The position numbers were made by a program, and so were the translations under genes. From assembly GCA_963819815.1 (NCBI GenBank), contig CAWFXL010000001.1, positions 736,001-800,000 on the forward strand: DNA of 64,000 nt. Reading direction: 5' to 3'. The notes beneath the pieces are model-generated. The model was not told the origin of the DNA and searched no databases. It saw nothing but the letters and a program-made list of their open reading frames with translations. This document shows positions 41,055 through 51,009 of the stretch, in pieces. Source of the DNA: an uncultured bacterium. GTDB lineage: Bacteria > Babelota > Babeliae > Babelales > Babelaceae. Positions within the stretch are counted from its first letter, which is position 1; the number at the start of each line of letters is the position of its first letter.

Positions 41055-42455
41055 ATGAAACCTAAACCAGCGTCAGCAATTCGTACTAGCACTCTTATGA
41101 GCTATTTTATTCCTGAGCTGATCACCACAGGCATTCTGTATATTGGCCTTGAAATCATCAATTTTAGCTTTATAGCCTGCACCAATGTCGCCCTCTGTAA
41201 TGCAACCCTTTTTATTAGCGCTTCCTTATTTCATCTTCTTATCAAGATAGCAGAAGGCTTCTCAACAGGCCTGGTAATCATGTGCGGACAATATAATGGT
41301 GCTCAAGAATATACCAAAGCAGGGAGAGTGCTTACCGATGCCTTTTGGACCACCTCATTAATCGGCCTACTCCTTTCTGCAGGAATTTATTTTGGGGCCC
41401 ATGCTATCTATACCTTCCATGATGTACCACCAGAGATCCTTGAGCTTGGGGTTCCCTATCTTAAGATTAGAGCTCTTGGAGTACTTCTCACGTTTACGTA
41501 CTTAGCCATTATAGGATTTCTCCGCGGTATTAAAAATCCCAAGATGCCTATGTTATTCTTTATCATAGGTGCTGTCGCGTATCTCTTTTTTGATTATGCA
41601 CTTATATTCGGCGCCTGGGGATTTCCAGAGATGGGACTCAACGGTTCTGCAGTCGCCTCGGTTATTCAGTATGCAGTCATGCTTGTAGCAGCCCTTATCT
41701 ATATTATCTATGATAAGGAGCTTCACAAATATAACATCGCTCTTTTTTCTGAAAATCCTTTTTCATGGGGAAGAATTTCTCATATAAGAAACCTTGTACA
41801 CATAAGCTGGCCCGTTATGATCGATAAAGCAAGTCTTGCCATAATCCCTATCTGGCTCAATAAAATGATCGGCTGCGCGGCAATTCTTGCTACGAACAAA
41901 AGCATCGTCTACGAGAGCCTCACAGTACTTAAAACTATGGAACGGATCGGTATACTTCCTGCCTTAGCATTCGCTCAGGTCATTACCTATTTAGTAAGTA
42001 ACGACTACAAGACACTCCATTTTAGGACGATTAAAAGAAATATCAAAAAAGTGCTCGTCTTTGCCTGCATTACGACGATGCTCTTTACCCTTATGTTCTA
42101 CCTTCAGCCCCACTTCTTCCTCTGGATACTCAATAAACCTGATGTGTATAATGATCTCATCATGTACACATTACCGATTATTGCGCTTCTTATTTTGTTT
42201 GATGTCCTCCAGCTTGTTCTAGCCGGAGCACTCCGCGGAGCTGCAGATGTTAAAGTAGTCATGATTACAAGGCTTGTCATTACGGCACTTTTCATTCCTC
42301 TTTCCTATGGAATTGCCATACTGCCGACCTCTAGCCTACTTTTAAAATTTGTTCTTCTCTATGGCTCAGTCCATATAAGCCTTGCGCTTATGGGCCTTAT
42401 CTATATCATTCGTTTTAAAAGCGGTAACTGGAAAAAACAATCTATTGAAGACTAA
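41055..42455 (+). CDS. MATE-family efflux transporter
   Basis: GQYNGA, GFLRGIKNPKMP, GFPEMGLNGSAVAS, GALRGAAD. ATG 41055 preferred. Confidence 0.9.
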   Translation: MKPKPASAIRTSTLMSYFIPELITTGILYIGLEIINFSFIACTNVALCNATLFISASLFHLLIKIAEGFSTGLVIMCGQYNGAQEYTKAGRVLTDAFWTTSLIGLLLSAGIYFGAHAIYTFHDVPPEILELGVPYLKIRALGVLLTFTYLAIIGFLRGIKNPKMPMLFFIIGAVAYLFFDYALIFGAWGFPEMGLNGSAVASVIQYAVMLVAALIYIIYDKELHKYNIALFSENPFSWGRISHIRNLVHISWPVMIDKASLAIIPIWLNKMIGCAAILATNKSIVYESLTVLKTMERIGILPALAFAQVITYLVSNDYKTLHFRTIKRNIKKVLVFACITTMLFTLMFYLQPHFFLWILNKPDVYNDLIMYTLPIIALLILFDVLQLVLAGALRGAADVKVVMITRLVITALFIPLSYGIAILPTSSLLLKFVLLYGSVHISLALMGLIYIIRFKSGNWKKQSIED

Positions 42456-42459
42456 CCGT

Positions 42460-42882
42460 TCACCAAGAAATATGACACCTTCGAGTCTCTAGGGACAGGT
42501 AATCTAACGTGACATGGCACACTGAATGAGTAAGCAGAGGCATAATTACTTCGGGCCATTCTATGAAAGACCAGCTCTTGGGAACATACAGATATTCGTC
42601 AAAACCTGCTTGGAGGAAATCATTAAGATTCTGTATGCGATACAAATCAAAATGATAAAAGGTCTCTTGTTTACCGTTATGGTACATCGCCATATACGTA
42701 AACGTAGGACTGATAACTACATCGGTCACTCCACAGCGCGCTAACAATAGTTTAATAAGTGCAGTTTTTCCTGCACCAAGCGGACCAGTAAATGTAAAAA
42801 CCTTATGGGCAGGCATCTGAGCATAGAGAAGTTCAACCACCTCATCTATAGTGTCTAATGAATATGCTAACTCCTGTTGCAT
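42460..42882 (-). CDS. tsaE: tRNA threonylcarbamoyladenosine biosynthesis ATPase
   Basis: GPLGAGKT, SPTF, YHFDLYRI, IEWP. Confidence 0.96.
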   Translation of the reverse strand: MQQELAYSLDTIDEVVELLYAQMPAHKVFTFTGPLGAGKTALIKLLLARCGVTDVVISPTFTYMAMYHNGKQETFYHFDLYRIQNLNDFLQAGFDEYLYVPKSWSFIEWPEVIMPLLTHSVCHVTLDYLSLETRRCHISW

Positions 42883-42891
42883 AGTTTTTTC

Positions 42892-43461
42892 CTAGAGCTT
42901 CTTCAGCACGGCAAGTAAGCGTTTCTCTCTTTTAGATACTCCATGACTTCGAGGTTCCTCCTCTTGTTCTTCTTCTTTATACCATAAGGTGGAAGATCCT
43001 TCTTCCATGAGGGCATCTAGTGAAGGAGAGCTTACGTCTTGATGAAGTTTATGAGCATGCCCTGGTGCTTTGGTATAGCCACGTACCGGTGCATTAGTTT
43101 TATTCATATAGCTATAAAAATCAAGCGAATCGATCGAAGGTACTTCGTACGTATCTGCAAACGCATTGAGTTGGCGATCGGTAGTTACCAAAAGAAGATT
43201 TTTAAGGAGCCTTTCCTCAATATATCTTTTAATAATATCATCCGCACTATCCTTGTGCCCAGAATATACCGTTATTACGCGACCATTTTTCACAACGGTC
43301 ATTCGGTTGTAGGGCCCTGCATCATAGATAATATACAGGGTATGGCCTTTGCGTTGAGCATAGTCAAGAGCACGAAGTTCAAAGCTTGTACGTTGCAGTT
43401 CAGTAATCTGACCGCCAAAAACCTGTTTTAGGACATTATAACCATCAATGAGTATGTTCAT
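42892..43461 (-). CDS. NYN-domain (YacP/Rae1-like) ribonuclease
   Basis: MNILIDGYNV, IYDA, SADDII, VTTDRQL. ATG 43461 used because the longer ORF overlaps atpG. Confidence 0.85.
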   Translation of the reverse strand: MNILIDGYNVLKQVFGGQITELQRTSFELRALDYAQRKGHTLYIIYDAGPYNRMTVVKNGRVITVYSGHKDSADDIIKRYIEERLLKNLLLVTTDRQLNAFADTYEVPSIDSLDFYSYMNKTNAPVRGYTKAPGHAHKLHQDVSSPSLDALMEEGSSTLWYKEEEQEEEPRSHGVSKREKRLLAVLKKL

Positions 43462-43584
43462 AGTCTGTGTGCAAAAAGTTGAATGTGAGTCTTCTAAAGA
43501 AACAGGATAATCAACTTCTTGCAAAAGAATCAAGCACCGCGTACACTCTGAAAGACAAAGCATCACGTAAAAAAGGTATGCATC

Positions 43585-44415
43585 ATGGAACAGCTCATAC
43601 TTATGAAACAGCGGATTAAAACCGTTGAAACAATAAAAAAAGTAACCCATGCAATGCGCCTTATTTCCATGTCATCACATACACGCTTACTCGACAAGAG
43701 GAAACATCTTGCTCAGTACAAAAAAACATTCGAAGAGCTTTGGTCATCAGTACATCATGCGCTCCCTATAGAAGCACCTGAACTGCTCACCGAAGAGCCT
43801 AAAGATCTCTGCATTCTTATCGGTTCGCAAAAAGGATTATGCGGCACCTTTAACTCATCCTTATATAAGTTCTTTGAACACAATGTGCCCAAAGTCCCCA
43901 AATCTATGCATGTCATCGCGATTGGAAATTTTGCTGCTGAGTATTTCAAACGACATCGTGTAACCCCCATTGCTTCGTATACCACCTTTTCAGTACAGCA
44001 TTTTATTACTGTTGCCCATGCAGTTACCGAACTTATTATGAAAGATCCTACGAGATATACGACAGTAACTGCCTATAGTAATATGGAGAAAACTTTTTTT
44101 GTGCAGCTCCCAAAAAAGACCGTAGTCTATCCATTTAGTGCACCACACAAAGAGAGTCAACCTCAGACTTCCTATCTTTTTGAGCAATCTCCTGAGCTAC
44201 TGCATGATACCATTAGCAGACTCTTAGTATCTGTATCCTTACAGAGTCTCTTCTTTGAATCTCTTTTGTCAGAACAAGCAGCTCGCTTTATTTCTATGGA
44301 CACTTCCACACGAAATGCGGATAATCTCATAACCTCCATGAAATTAGGATATAACAAAGTAAGACAAGCAACCATAACGAGAGAACTTAGCGAACTTTCA
44401 GCAACTCTTACCTAA
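43585..44415 (+). CDS. atpG: F0F1 ATP synthase gamma subunit
   Basis: IKKVTHAMRLIS, KGLCGTFN, SEQAARFISM, YNKVRQATITRELSE. Confidence 0.94.
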   Translation: MEQLILMKQRIKTVETIKKVTHAMRLISMSSHTRLLDKRKHLAQYKKTFEELWSSVHHALPIEAPELLTEEPKDLCILIGSQKGLCGTFNSSLYKFFEHNVPKVPKSMHVIAIGNFAAEYFKRHRVTPIASYTTFSVQHFITVAHAVTELIMKDPTRYTTVTAYSNMEKTFFVQLPKKTVVYPFSAPHKESQPQTSYLFEQSPELLHDTISRLLVSVSLQSLFFESLLSEQAARFISMDTSTRNADNLITSMKLGYNKVRQATITRELSELSATLT

Positions 44416-44429
44416 CAAAAGGAGCGCCC

Positions 44430-44699
44430 ATGTTTACACCAAAAAACCCTTGTCAAAGCTGCGGAATGCCTCTTTCAAAGGACAAAAAAGGCGGCGGTAC
44501 CAATCGTGATGGAACACTCAATAAGGAATATTGCAGCCACTGTTATACTAAAGGTACCTTTAAAGAACCGAACCTTACCCTAGATCAGATGAAGGATAAA
44601 GTGCAGGGAAAGCTCAAAGAAATGTGGATTCCTTCGTTTATCGGAAAATATTTTACCCGATCTATTCCTCAACTTAAGCGCTGGCGCGCCTCAAAATAA
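44430..44699 (+). CDS. Putative zinc-ribbon protein
   Basis: CQSCGMPL...YCSHCY...PQLKRW. Confidence 0.85.
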   Translation: MFTPKNPCQSCGMPLSKDKKGGGTNRDGTLNKEYCSHCYTKGTFKEPNLTLDQMKDKVQGKLKEMWIPSFIGKYFTRSIPQLKRWRASK

Positions 44700-44714
44700 T
44701 CTTGGTAAGTAACG

Positions 44715-44751
44715 AATGGGACTCTGCATTATAGCCAGAGTCCTATTTTTT
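44715..44751. terminator. Intrinsic terminator between convergent genes
   Basis: AATGGGACTCTG-loop-CAGAGTCCTATT followed by a T run. Confidence 0.75.
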
Positions 44752-46024
44752 AGCATTCTTCATAATGAGCACTAATACGTCCACGAAGCGATGCAAGTTT
44801 GGAAACAATACCATCATATCCTCGCTTAATATGATGAACTCCTGTCATAGTCGTCTGCCCATGAGCTGCCAGACCTGCAATAAGAAGTGCGGCTCCTGCT
44901 CGAATATCAGAAGCGATGACAGCAGCACCATACAGCTCATCTACCCCAACTACCGTCGCAGTTTGCCCATCTATTACGATTTGAGCGCCCATTTTTTGAA
45001 GCTCGCGGACATGCACAAGCCTATTTTCATATACCGTTTCGTGAATAACACTCGTACCCGAAGCTAAACAGAGGGCTGCCATCATAGGAGCCTGAAGATC
45101 GGTAGGAAATCCTGGGTAAGGCATCGTTTTAAAAGATACTGCATAAGGATGTGACGTCGCCTTAAAGAATATGCCCTGTCCCTGCGGGCCGAAAGTCACC
45201 TCATGGCCCATCTCCTCAAGAAGTGAAAGGAACACGGTCATAGATGCTGCTGGGGCCGTTGGCAAGGCAATCTCTCCACCGGTAATAGCCGCAGCCAAAA
45301 TCAGTGTTCCTGCCTCTAAACGATCATACATAACATGATGATTAATCGAATCTAAGGAAGAAACCCCTTCTATAAGAATGGTGGCAGGCGCTTTAAGCTC
45401 AATACGAGCCCCCATCTTTCTTAATACTTCAACTAGATCGAGGACTTCGGGTTCTATAGCTGCATTGATAATACGTGTAGAACCCTGGGCTAATACCGCC
45501 GCCATCATAATATTTTCAGTAGCACCTACGCTTGGATAGGCTAATATATGGTCAACTGCTTTAAGCGAATTTGCCTGAGCATGTAGTGAATCATTAGATT
45601 GAGTAAACGTCGCGCCCATTTTAGCAAAAGACTTTATGTGGTAATCAATAGGCCTCATTCCAAGGACACATCCACCAGGCAGAGCAACGTCAGCCTTACC
45701 AAAGCGAGCCAACAGTGGCCCCAGTACTAATATGGAAGCACGCATTTTCTTCATAATATCTGGCCCTATATGAGCCGAAGAAATAGAGCTCGTATCGACC
45801 GTTAAAGTCTTCGTTTCTTCATCATGCACTACCTGCGCTCCAAGCGATTCTAACAGGCGAATCATATGAAGAACATCTTCAGAATACGGAACATTTGATA
45901 AGGTGCTCTTTCCTCGGGTGAGTATCAGGGACGCCATAATAACCAATATGGCATTTTTCGCACCGGCAAGATCAACTGTCCCCTGTAAGGAAGGAGAAGT
46001 TTCTATAGCTATATATTCATTCAT
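44750..46024 (-). CDS. murA: UDP-N-acetylglucosamine 1-carboxyvinyltransferase
   Basis: GAKNA, MRASILVLGPL, PGGCVLGMRP, SVGATEN, PGFPTDLQ. Confidence 0.97.
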   Translation of the reverse strand: MNEYIAIETSPSLQGTVDLAGAKNAILVIMASLILTRGKSTLSNVPYSEDVLHMIRLLESLGAQVVHDEETKTLTVDTSSISSAHIGPDIMKKMRASILVLGPLLARFGKADVALPGGCVLGMRPIDYHIKSFAKMGATFTQSNDSLHAQANSLKAVDHILAYPSVGATENIMMAAVLAQGSTRIINAAIEPEVLDLVEVLRKMGARIELKAPATILIEGVSSLDSINHHVMYDRLEAGTLILAAAITGGEIALPTAPAASMTVFLSLLEEMGHEVTFGPQGQGIFFKATSHPYAVSFKTMPYPGFPTDLQAPMMAALCLASGTSVIHETVYENRLVHVRELQKMGAQIVIDGQTATVVGVDELYGAAVIASDIRAGAALLIAGLAAHGQTTMTGVHHIKRGYDGIVSKLASLRGRISAHYEEC

Positions 46025-46377
46025 TGGGCATCTTCTTGGGGTAGTTGATTAGAGAGGTTCATTCATACTATTAAAGTGTACACCTCTCGTTATACCTGTC
46101 AATCAACTTTTTCAAGAAACCAGAAAGATCCAGAGTATAACTCGACAATAGTACTGCTACATAATTTTTGATAGCTTATTTACGAGGTATAACAAAATGA
46201 TCCTTCGCATCTCTAGATCATGTCTTGCGCTGTCTTGTAAGTTTCCCCTACTAACGAATGCACGTACTACAATTAGTACAGTTTGAATAAAAATACTCTT
46301 TACAAGTTCTTTATTATTATGATAATATTTACAATAAGAAAACATTTGCCTGGCCTTAAAAGAGAAAGAATCCACCT

Positions 46378-47283
46378 ATGAAGCGCACAATCCTTCTCCT
46401 AATAAGCTTTTTTGGAGCATATCACAGCACAGTAAAAGCTATGCAGGACCCCCTACTCGCAAGAGAGCAATTAACCGACTTATACAATGAAATTGCGAAC
46501 ATGGAAACTAATGTGAATACTATCAGTGAAGTACCAGACATTGTTCGAAATCAAAAACAAATGCTCGAGTTTTTTGAGTCCATCAGCTATTCACCTATTA
46601 ACCAAGATCTTGTCGCTTTGGCAAATTCTGTATTCTATCGCCTCAGGGCAATTCGCAGCATTATCATAGATAATTTAGATACCTGGACAAGTGATTACCT
46701 ACGCAATGCCACTTATTGGTATAGCCTAAGCCACCAGAAAAAAGAAGAACTTACAACACATGTCAAACTGTGTGCCCAGGCTTTAGAATTTTTTAGTCCA
46801 ATTTATAGGTATCTCTCCGCTAGAGAAAGGCAAGCCCTTAATGAAATAGCCGATAGAATTACGTCTATCCGCGAGATTCTATTAGATCAAGAGGTAAATG
46901 AATTAGAAGTATATAAACTGCACGCGGCACTCACGCATCTCGCAACTCTTAGGGAGAACTTTGGCCGTCCCCTTACAAGTGAGATTGAAAGCCATGTTCA
47001 AAGATTAGAACTTCGCATCATGAGCTTTCTAAATAATGCAATTGCACATCTAGATGAACAAACAGCACTCCTCTACAATCAATTGACGAAATTATCTGAC
47101 CTTTCCGAGCATGACCTCCATGGATATGACCTCAGGGTTAATATCGCAACAATGAGCTTTAAAGCTTTAATGAATATATCTCAGATCTTCTCTGCTGAAC
47201 AACAACAAAAAATGACCAGTATACAGAGCCGTCTTGTCCTGATTAATGCAATGCGCCGTACCTTTTCTGAAAGAGCGGGGTAA
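46378..47283 (+). CDS. Secreted alpha-helical hypothetical protein (paralog 1)
   Basis: Signal peptide ending VKA-M; helical pattern; FSAEQQQKMTSIQSRL resembles the neighbouring genes. Confidence 0.75.
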   Translation: MKRTILLLISFFGAYHSTVKAMQDPLLAREQLTDLYNEIANMETNVNTISEVPDIVRNQKQMLEFFESISYSPINQDLVALANSVFYRLRAIRSIIIDNLDTWTSDYLRNATYWYSLSHQKKEELTTHVKLCAQALEFFSPIYRYLSARERQALNEIADRITSIREILLDQEVNELEVYKLHAALTHLATLRENFGRPLTSEIESHVQRLELRIMSFLNNAIAHLDEQTALLYNQLTKLSDLSEHDLHGYDLRVNIATMSFKALMNISQIFSAEQQQKMTSIQSRLVLINAMRRTFSERAG

Positions 47284-47580
47284 AGCAAGAATACGAGAGG
47301 TTGTGTATGAGGAAATGCTGTTAAAGACAACTTGGAGCAAATCACCTGACTGATCATGGCAAACGCAAGGCCACCCCAAAATGCTTTTCGTCGCAAACAC
47401 AACAAACAAGAACCCCATACTATAGGCACTCTACTTTTTTGGTAATTTTTCAATAAGAAGTGGCTGGCCCATTCTTTTTAATACAAAAATGAAATAGGGT
47501 TACTCTTTACAATACTGTTGAAATTTGGTAAGATTTACATTAAGAAAATAAAGACTCGCCAAAGGAATAAGAGGTTCTTC

Positions 47581-48525
47581 ATGAAAAAAATTATCATCAT
47601 CGCCCTACTTGGTCTTCTAAGTCCACAATTTATTGGCCTAGAAGCAATGGTAGTTGACGAAAATGACTCAATGGCGATCATGCAGTTACACTTGTTTAAA
47701 AGTGATATAGAGCTACTGATAGAGGGTGTATCTACTCTCGATAGTACAGCAGCAGCCGTAAGGTGGATCCAACCTTTCCGTGCTCACCTTGAGAGGATCA
47801 TACAAGACTTGCAGCCAGCTCCCACGGATGAGATGCAAGAACAGTTTCAAGCTTTAAGCGACAGAATCGATACGATTCAGGAGTACGTTGTTAATTATCT
47901 AGATCGTTTAACAAACGGTCAGTTAGCCCTCATGAGCGAGTATGATCAATATCCACCGCAGATACAGGAACAAATTGATGACGAAGTAACTATAGCTTCT
48001 GAAATATTGGAAGCGTTTGGTACTCTTCAACTTACACCCCAGCAACAAAGAATAGCCTCTGCTATACAGAAGCGCCTTAATATGATTCTCAAAATTTCTT
48101 TAGAGAGACAGATACAAGACATGGAGGGTATGGTTAATCATATCGAAACATCAGCAAGAGCTGTAGAGATGCTGAGTCCAGCTCTTAATAGGCTTGCAAG
48201 TCTAAAAGATTACTTCCGAACAACTGACAGCGGCATTCACTTTGAAAGAATTGGAAAAGCGCTAGAGTACCGCATTATGCAAGTTCAAAGTAATGCCATT
48301 AAGCGTTTAGAGGAATGGACCACGGATCTTACCGATAACCTACCTTTGTTCTATCAAAAGACTCCTGATGAACAACAAGCATACATCATCGCTGTAAACC
48401 GTTGCGATAATATTCATAATGCCTTGGTAATAGTTCCTCGCAGCTTTGCACCGGGTGAACGGAAAAGGATCACTACTGCACAGAATACAATTAATTCGAT
48501 ACGTGAAGTCCTTACAGGGGAATGA
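47581..48525 (+). CDS. Secreted alpha-helical hypothetical protein (paralog 2)
   Basis: GAGG RBS, signal peptide ending LEA-M, two internal repeat units. Confidence 0.78.
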   Translation: MKKIIIIALLGLLSPQFIGLEAMVVDENDSMAIMQLHLFKSDIELLIEGVSTLDSTAAAVRWIQPFRAHLERIIQDLQPAPTDEMQEQFQALSDRIDTIQEYVVNYLDRLTNGQLALMSEYDQYPPQIQEQIDDEVTIASEILEAFGTLQLTPQQQRIASAIQKRLNMILKISLERQIQDMEGMVNHIETSARAVEMLSPALNRLASLKDYFRTTDSGIHFERIGKALEYRIMQVQSNAIKRLEEWTTDLTDNLPLFYQKTPDEQQAYIIAVNRCDNIHNALVIVPRSFAPGERKRITTAQNTINSIREVLTGE

Positions 48526-48589
48526 TTAGCGTTATAAAGATGAAAACAGGAACTTGTACAAAAAATAACTCACTTAAAAAAAGGTTCTT

Positions 48590-49546
48590 ATGAAAAAGAT
48601 ACTTCTTACTTTACTCACCCTTATGACTCCGCATGTTAGCGCTTTACACGAAAGATTCGCCAGTCAAGCCATCGTTAATTCCTTTGCCGTATCAGAAAGT
48701 TTGTTGCAGCAAATGGAAGATTCAACATTTCAAATGGAAGAGGTAGCAGGTCTTATTGATATAGGGGTAGAAATGTTGCGAAAAGTGCGAACAGCTCAAG
48801 CTCAACTTGCCATTATTGTGCAAAGATTTGAACAGCCTCATCATCCCGAACTTGTAACATGGGCAAACAATTTGGAAGATAGGCTGAGAAGGATTCGACG
48901 CAAGGTCATTACTGGTTTAGTTAGTGAAACTGAGCAAACCCAACGTGAAGTTCGTGTATACGACAGACTGTCTCTTGAAAGCCGACAAGAAATAATGAGA
49001 CACCTAAGTTTATGCGATCAAGTTTTGAATGCTTTACGTGCACGACCTCTCACGGCTGCAGAACAAAGAATGATTGACAGCGCACAGCAACGTCTTAATT
49101 CAATTCGTAAATCTCTTCTAGAGATAAAGGTAAGCGATATGGAAGAACTCATTGATTACATTGAAACAGCCGAAGAAGCTGTAGAAATGTTGCAACCTTC
49201 TGTAATCTATCTTGGAACTATTAGACAATATTTCCAGCAGTATCCTAACTTGGAGTTTTCAAGACAACTAGGACTTTTAGAAGATCGTATTATGCAGGTT
49301 AAAAATAAGGCGATTATTAAATTAGACAGGTATACACAAGAACTAGATAGACTACTCCCTACGTACAGCCAAATGAATCATGAGGATCAGGATACCTATA
49401 TAACCGATCTAAATCGCTGTGATAACATCTATAATACGTTAGTAGCACCTGGGGCCATATTCACACCTGAACAGCAACAAAAAATCACTTCGGTTCAGAA
49501 TAGAATTACTATGATACGAAATAACTTTGTAGGTACAGCTAGCTAG
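48590..49546 (+). CDS. Secreted alpha-helical hypothetical protein (paralog 3)
   Basis: Signal peptide; shares RIMQV, NRCDNI and AVEML motifs with paralog 2. Confidence 0.78.
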   Translation: MKKILLTLLTLMTPHVSALHERFASQAIVNSFAVSESLLQQMEDSTFQMEEVAGLIDIGVEMLRKVRTAQAQLAIIVQRFEQPHHPELVTWANNLEDRLRRIRRKVITGLVSETEQTQREVRVYDRLSLESRQEIMRHLSLCDQVLNALRARPLTAAEQRMIDSAQQRLNSIRKSLLEIKVSDMEELIDYIETAEEAVEMLQPSVIYLGTIRQYFQQYPNLEFSRQLGLLEDRIMQVKNKAIIKLDRYTQELDRLLPTYSQMNHEDQDTYITDLNRCDNIYNTLVAPGAIFTPEQQQKITSVQNRITMIRNNFVGTAS

Positions 49547-49666
49547 TTGAATACAATTTTTTAAGAAGATAGAGCATCGTCGTTCTCTCTAAAGACATAT
49601 AGAAACGAGCAGATGCGATGAAATGTAACAAAAAGATAAACCGTTCCCTTATGATAAGAGGTTCTC

Positions 49667-50233
49667 ATGAAAAAAATAGTACTTACCTTACTCGCTCTTA
49701 TGAGCACCTATTATACTGTTATAGACGCGATGATCTTGGACCCGATAGAAGTAGAACAAAATGTTGTAGTGCGTGATACAGTTGCAGAATCGGCAGCTAA
49801 GCTGCATAATTTTGAAGCAATAGTACTCAGAATGGAGGAACTTGTTACTCGGTTAGATAGAATCGCTGCCGTTGTTAGTGCGTTACGACCAACAGACACT
49901 ATTCTTGGGAACATTAAGCACAAGTTCCAGCAACCTCCCGACATTCATCTAGAAGGACGAATCGCGCGATTTCAAGAACGGCTTTTACGGATTAAGAATA
50001 CCGCTATCGAGCAATTAGTAAACCATTCGGTATATCTTAGATCCCTACTAAATGGGTTTGACCAGATGAGTTTGGCTGATCAAGATGAATTCATAACAAT
50101 ATTAAATGATTGTAACGCTGTCTATAACGCCTTCGTACTATCTCGCCTCACGTTACAGCCTGAAGAAAGACAAACACTCACGAACGTTGCAAATCAGCTT
50201 AATACCATACGCGAGGATATTCTAGGGCATTAA
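49667..50233 (+). CDS. Secreted alpha-helical hypothetical protein (paralog 4, single unit)
   Basis: Signal peptide ending IDA-M; MEELV, DQDEFITILNDCNAVYN and PEERQ match the family unit. Confidence 0.78.
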   Translation: MKKIVLTLLALMSTYYTVIDAMILDPIEVEQNVVVRDTVAESAAKLHNFEAIVLRMEELVTRLDRIAAVVSALRPTDTILGNIKHKFQQPPDIHLEGRIARFQERLLRIKNTAIEQLVNHSVYLRSLLNGFDQMSLADQDEFITILNDCNAVYNAFVLSRLTLQPEERQTLTNVANQLNTIREDILGH

Positions 50234-50280
50234 AATAACCTAATATAAACTACTTTAGGTAGTCGCAAAAAAAGGACACG

Positions 50281-51009
50281 ATGAAGCATCTTATTCTTAT
50301 GGCAAGCACTCTTCTTGCCAGCTCATATATCTTTGGTGATTCCGAGACCAACTTACGTAAAGAATGTGCTCCGATATACGCCGAAAACTGTGAAAAGATT
50401 CTGTCTCAATTTAGGAAGCCAATAACCGTTAAGCAGAGTAATGCCTATAATAGGACCACCTTGCGTAAAGGATGTGATGCTATCTACACCGAAGATATCG
50501 AACATATTCTGACGCAGTTTATGCGTAATAGCACCCCGAAGGAGCGCAAAGACTATAAAAAGTTCATGCTTCTTATTAAACTGCGCAATGATCTGCTATT
50601 TAAATTGACTGCATTTGAACAAACCATTAAGTCTGAGGAGCGTGCACTTTTAAGGACACCGCTTACCAATTATACCGCATGCAGATCTCGGGTAGGTGTC
50701 GCTTTTGGCTATGAATTTCAAACAGCCAACCCCTCCAAAAAAGTTCTTTCACCATGCGAAACCAGTTATGCAGCACAAATGCAACTAGTGCTTAACTCAG
50801 TCAGAAAATCGGTATCGAATAGAACACTCAAAAGATACGAAAGCTTTATGCTCATGCTTAAATATTATGAAGATCTTGGAGCCATGCTCAATGAGTTTGA
50901 AAGAAAAACCAACTATACGATTCGAACTCGACTCCGTGAACCCTTAGTGAAATATCTTAACTGCAGAAATAGTCTCATACTCCGTCAAGTGCAGTCTGTT
51001 CCTCAGTGA
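50281..51009 (+). CDS. Secreted hypothetical protein with internal repeats
   Basis: Signal peptide; repeated C-x3-Y...FML...FE...LR-x-PL-x2-Y-x2-CR units. Confidence 0.7.
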   Translation: MKHLILMASTLLASSYIFGDSETNLRKECAPIYAENCEKILSQFRKPITVKQSNAYNRTTLRKGCDAIYTEDIEHILTQFMRNSTPKERKDYKKFMLLIKLRNDLLFKLTAFEQTIKSEERALLRTPLTNYTACRSRVGVAFGYEFQTANPSKKVLSPCETSYAAQMQLVLNSVRKSVSNRTLKRYESFMLMLKYYEDLGAMLNEFERKTNYTIRTRLREPLVKYLNCRNSLILRQVQSVPQ

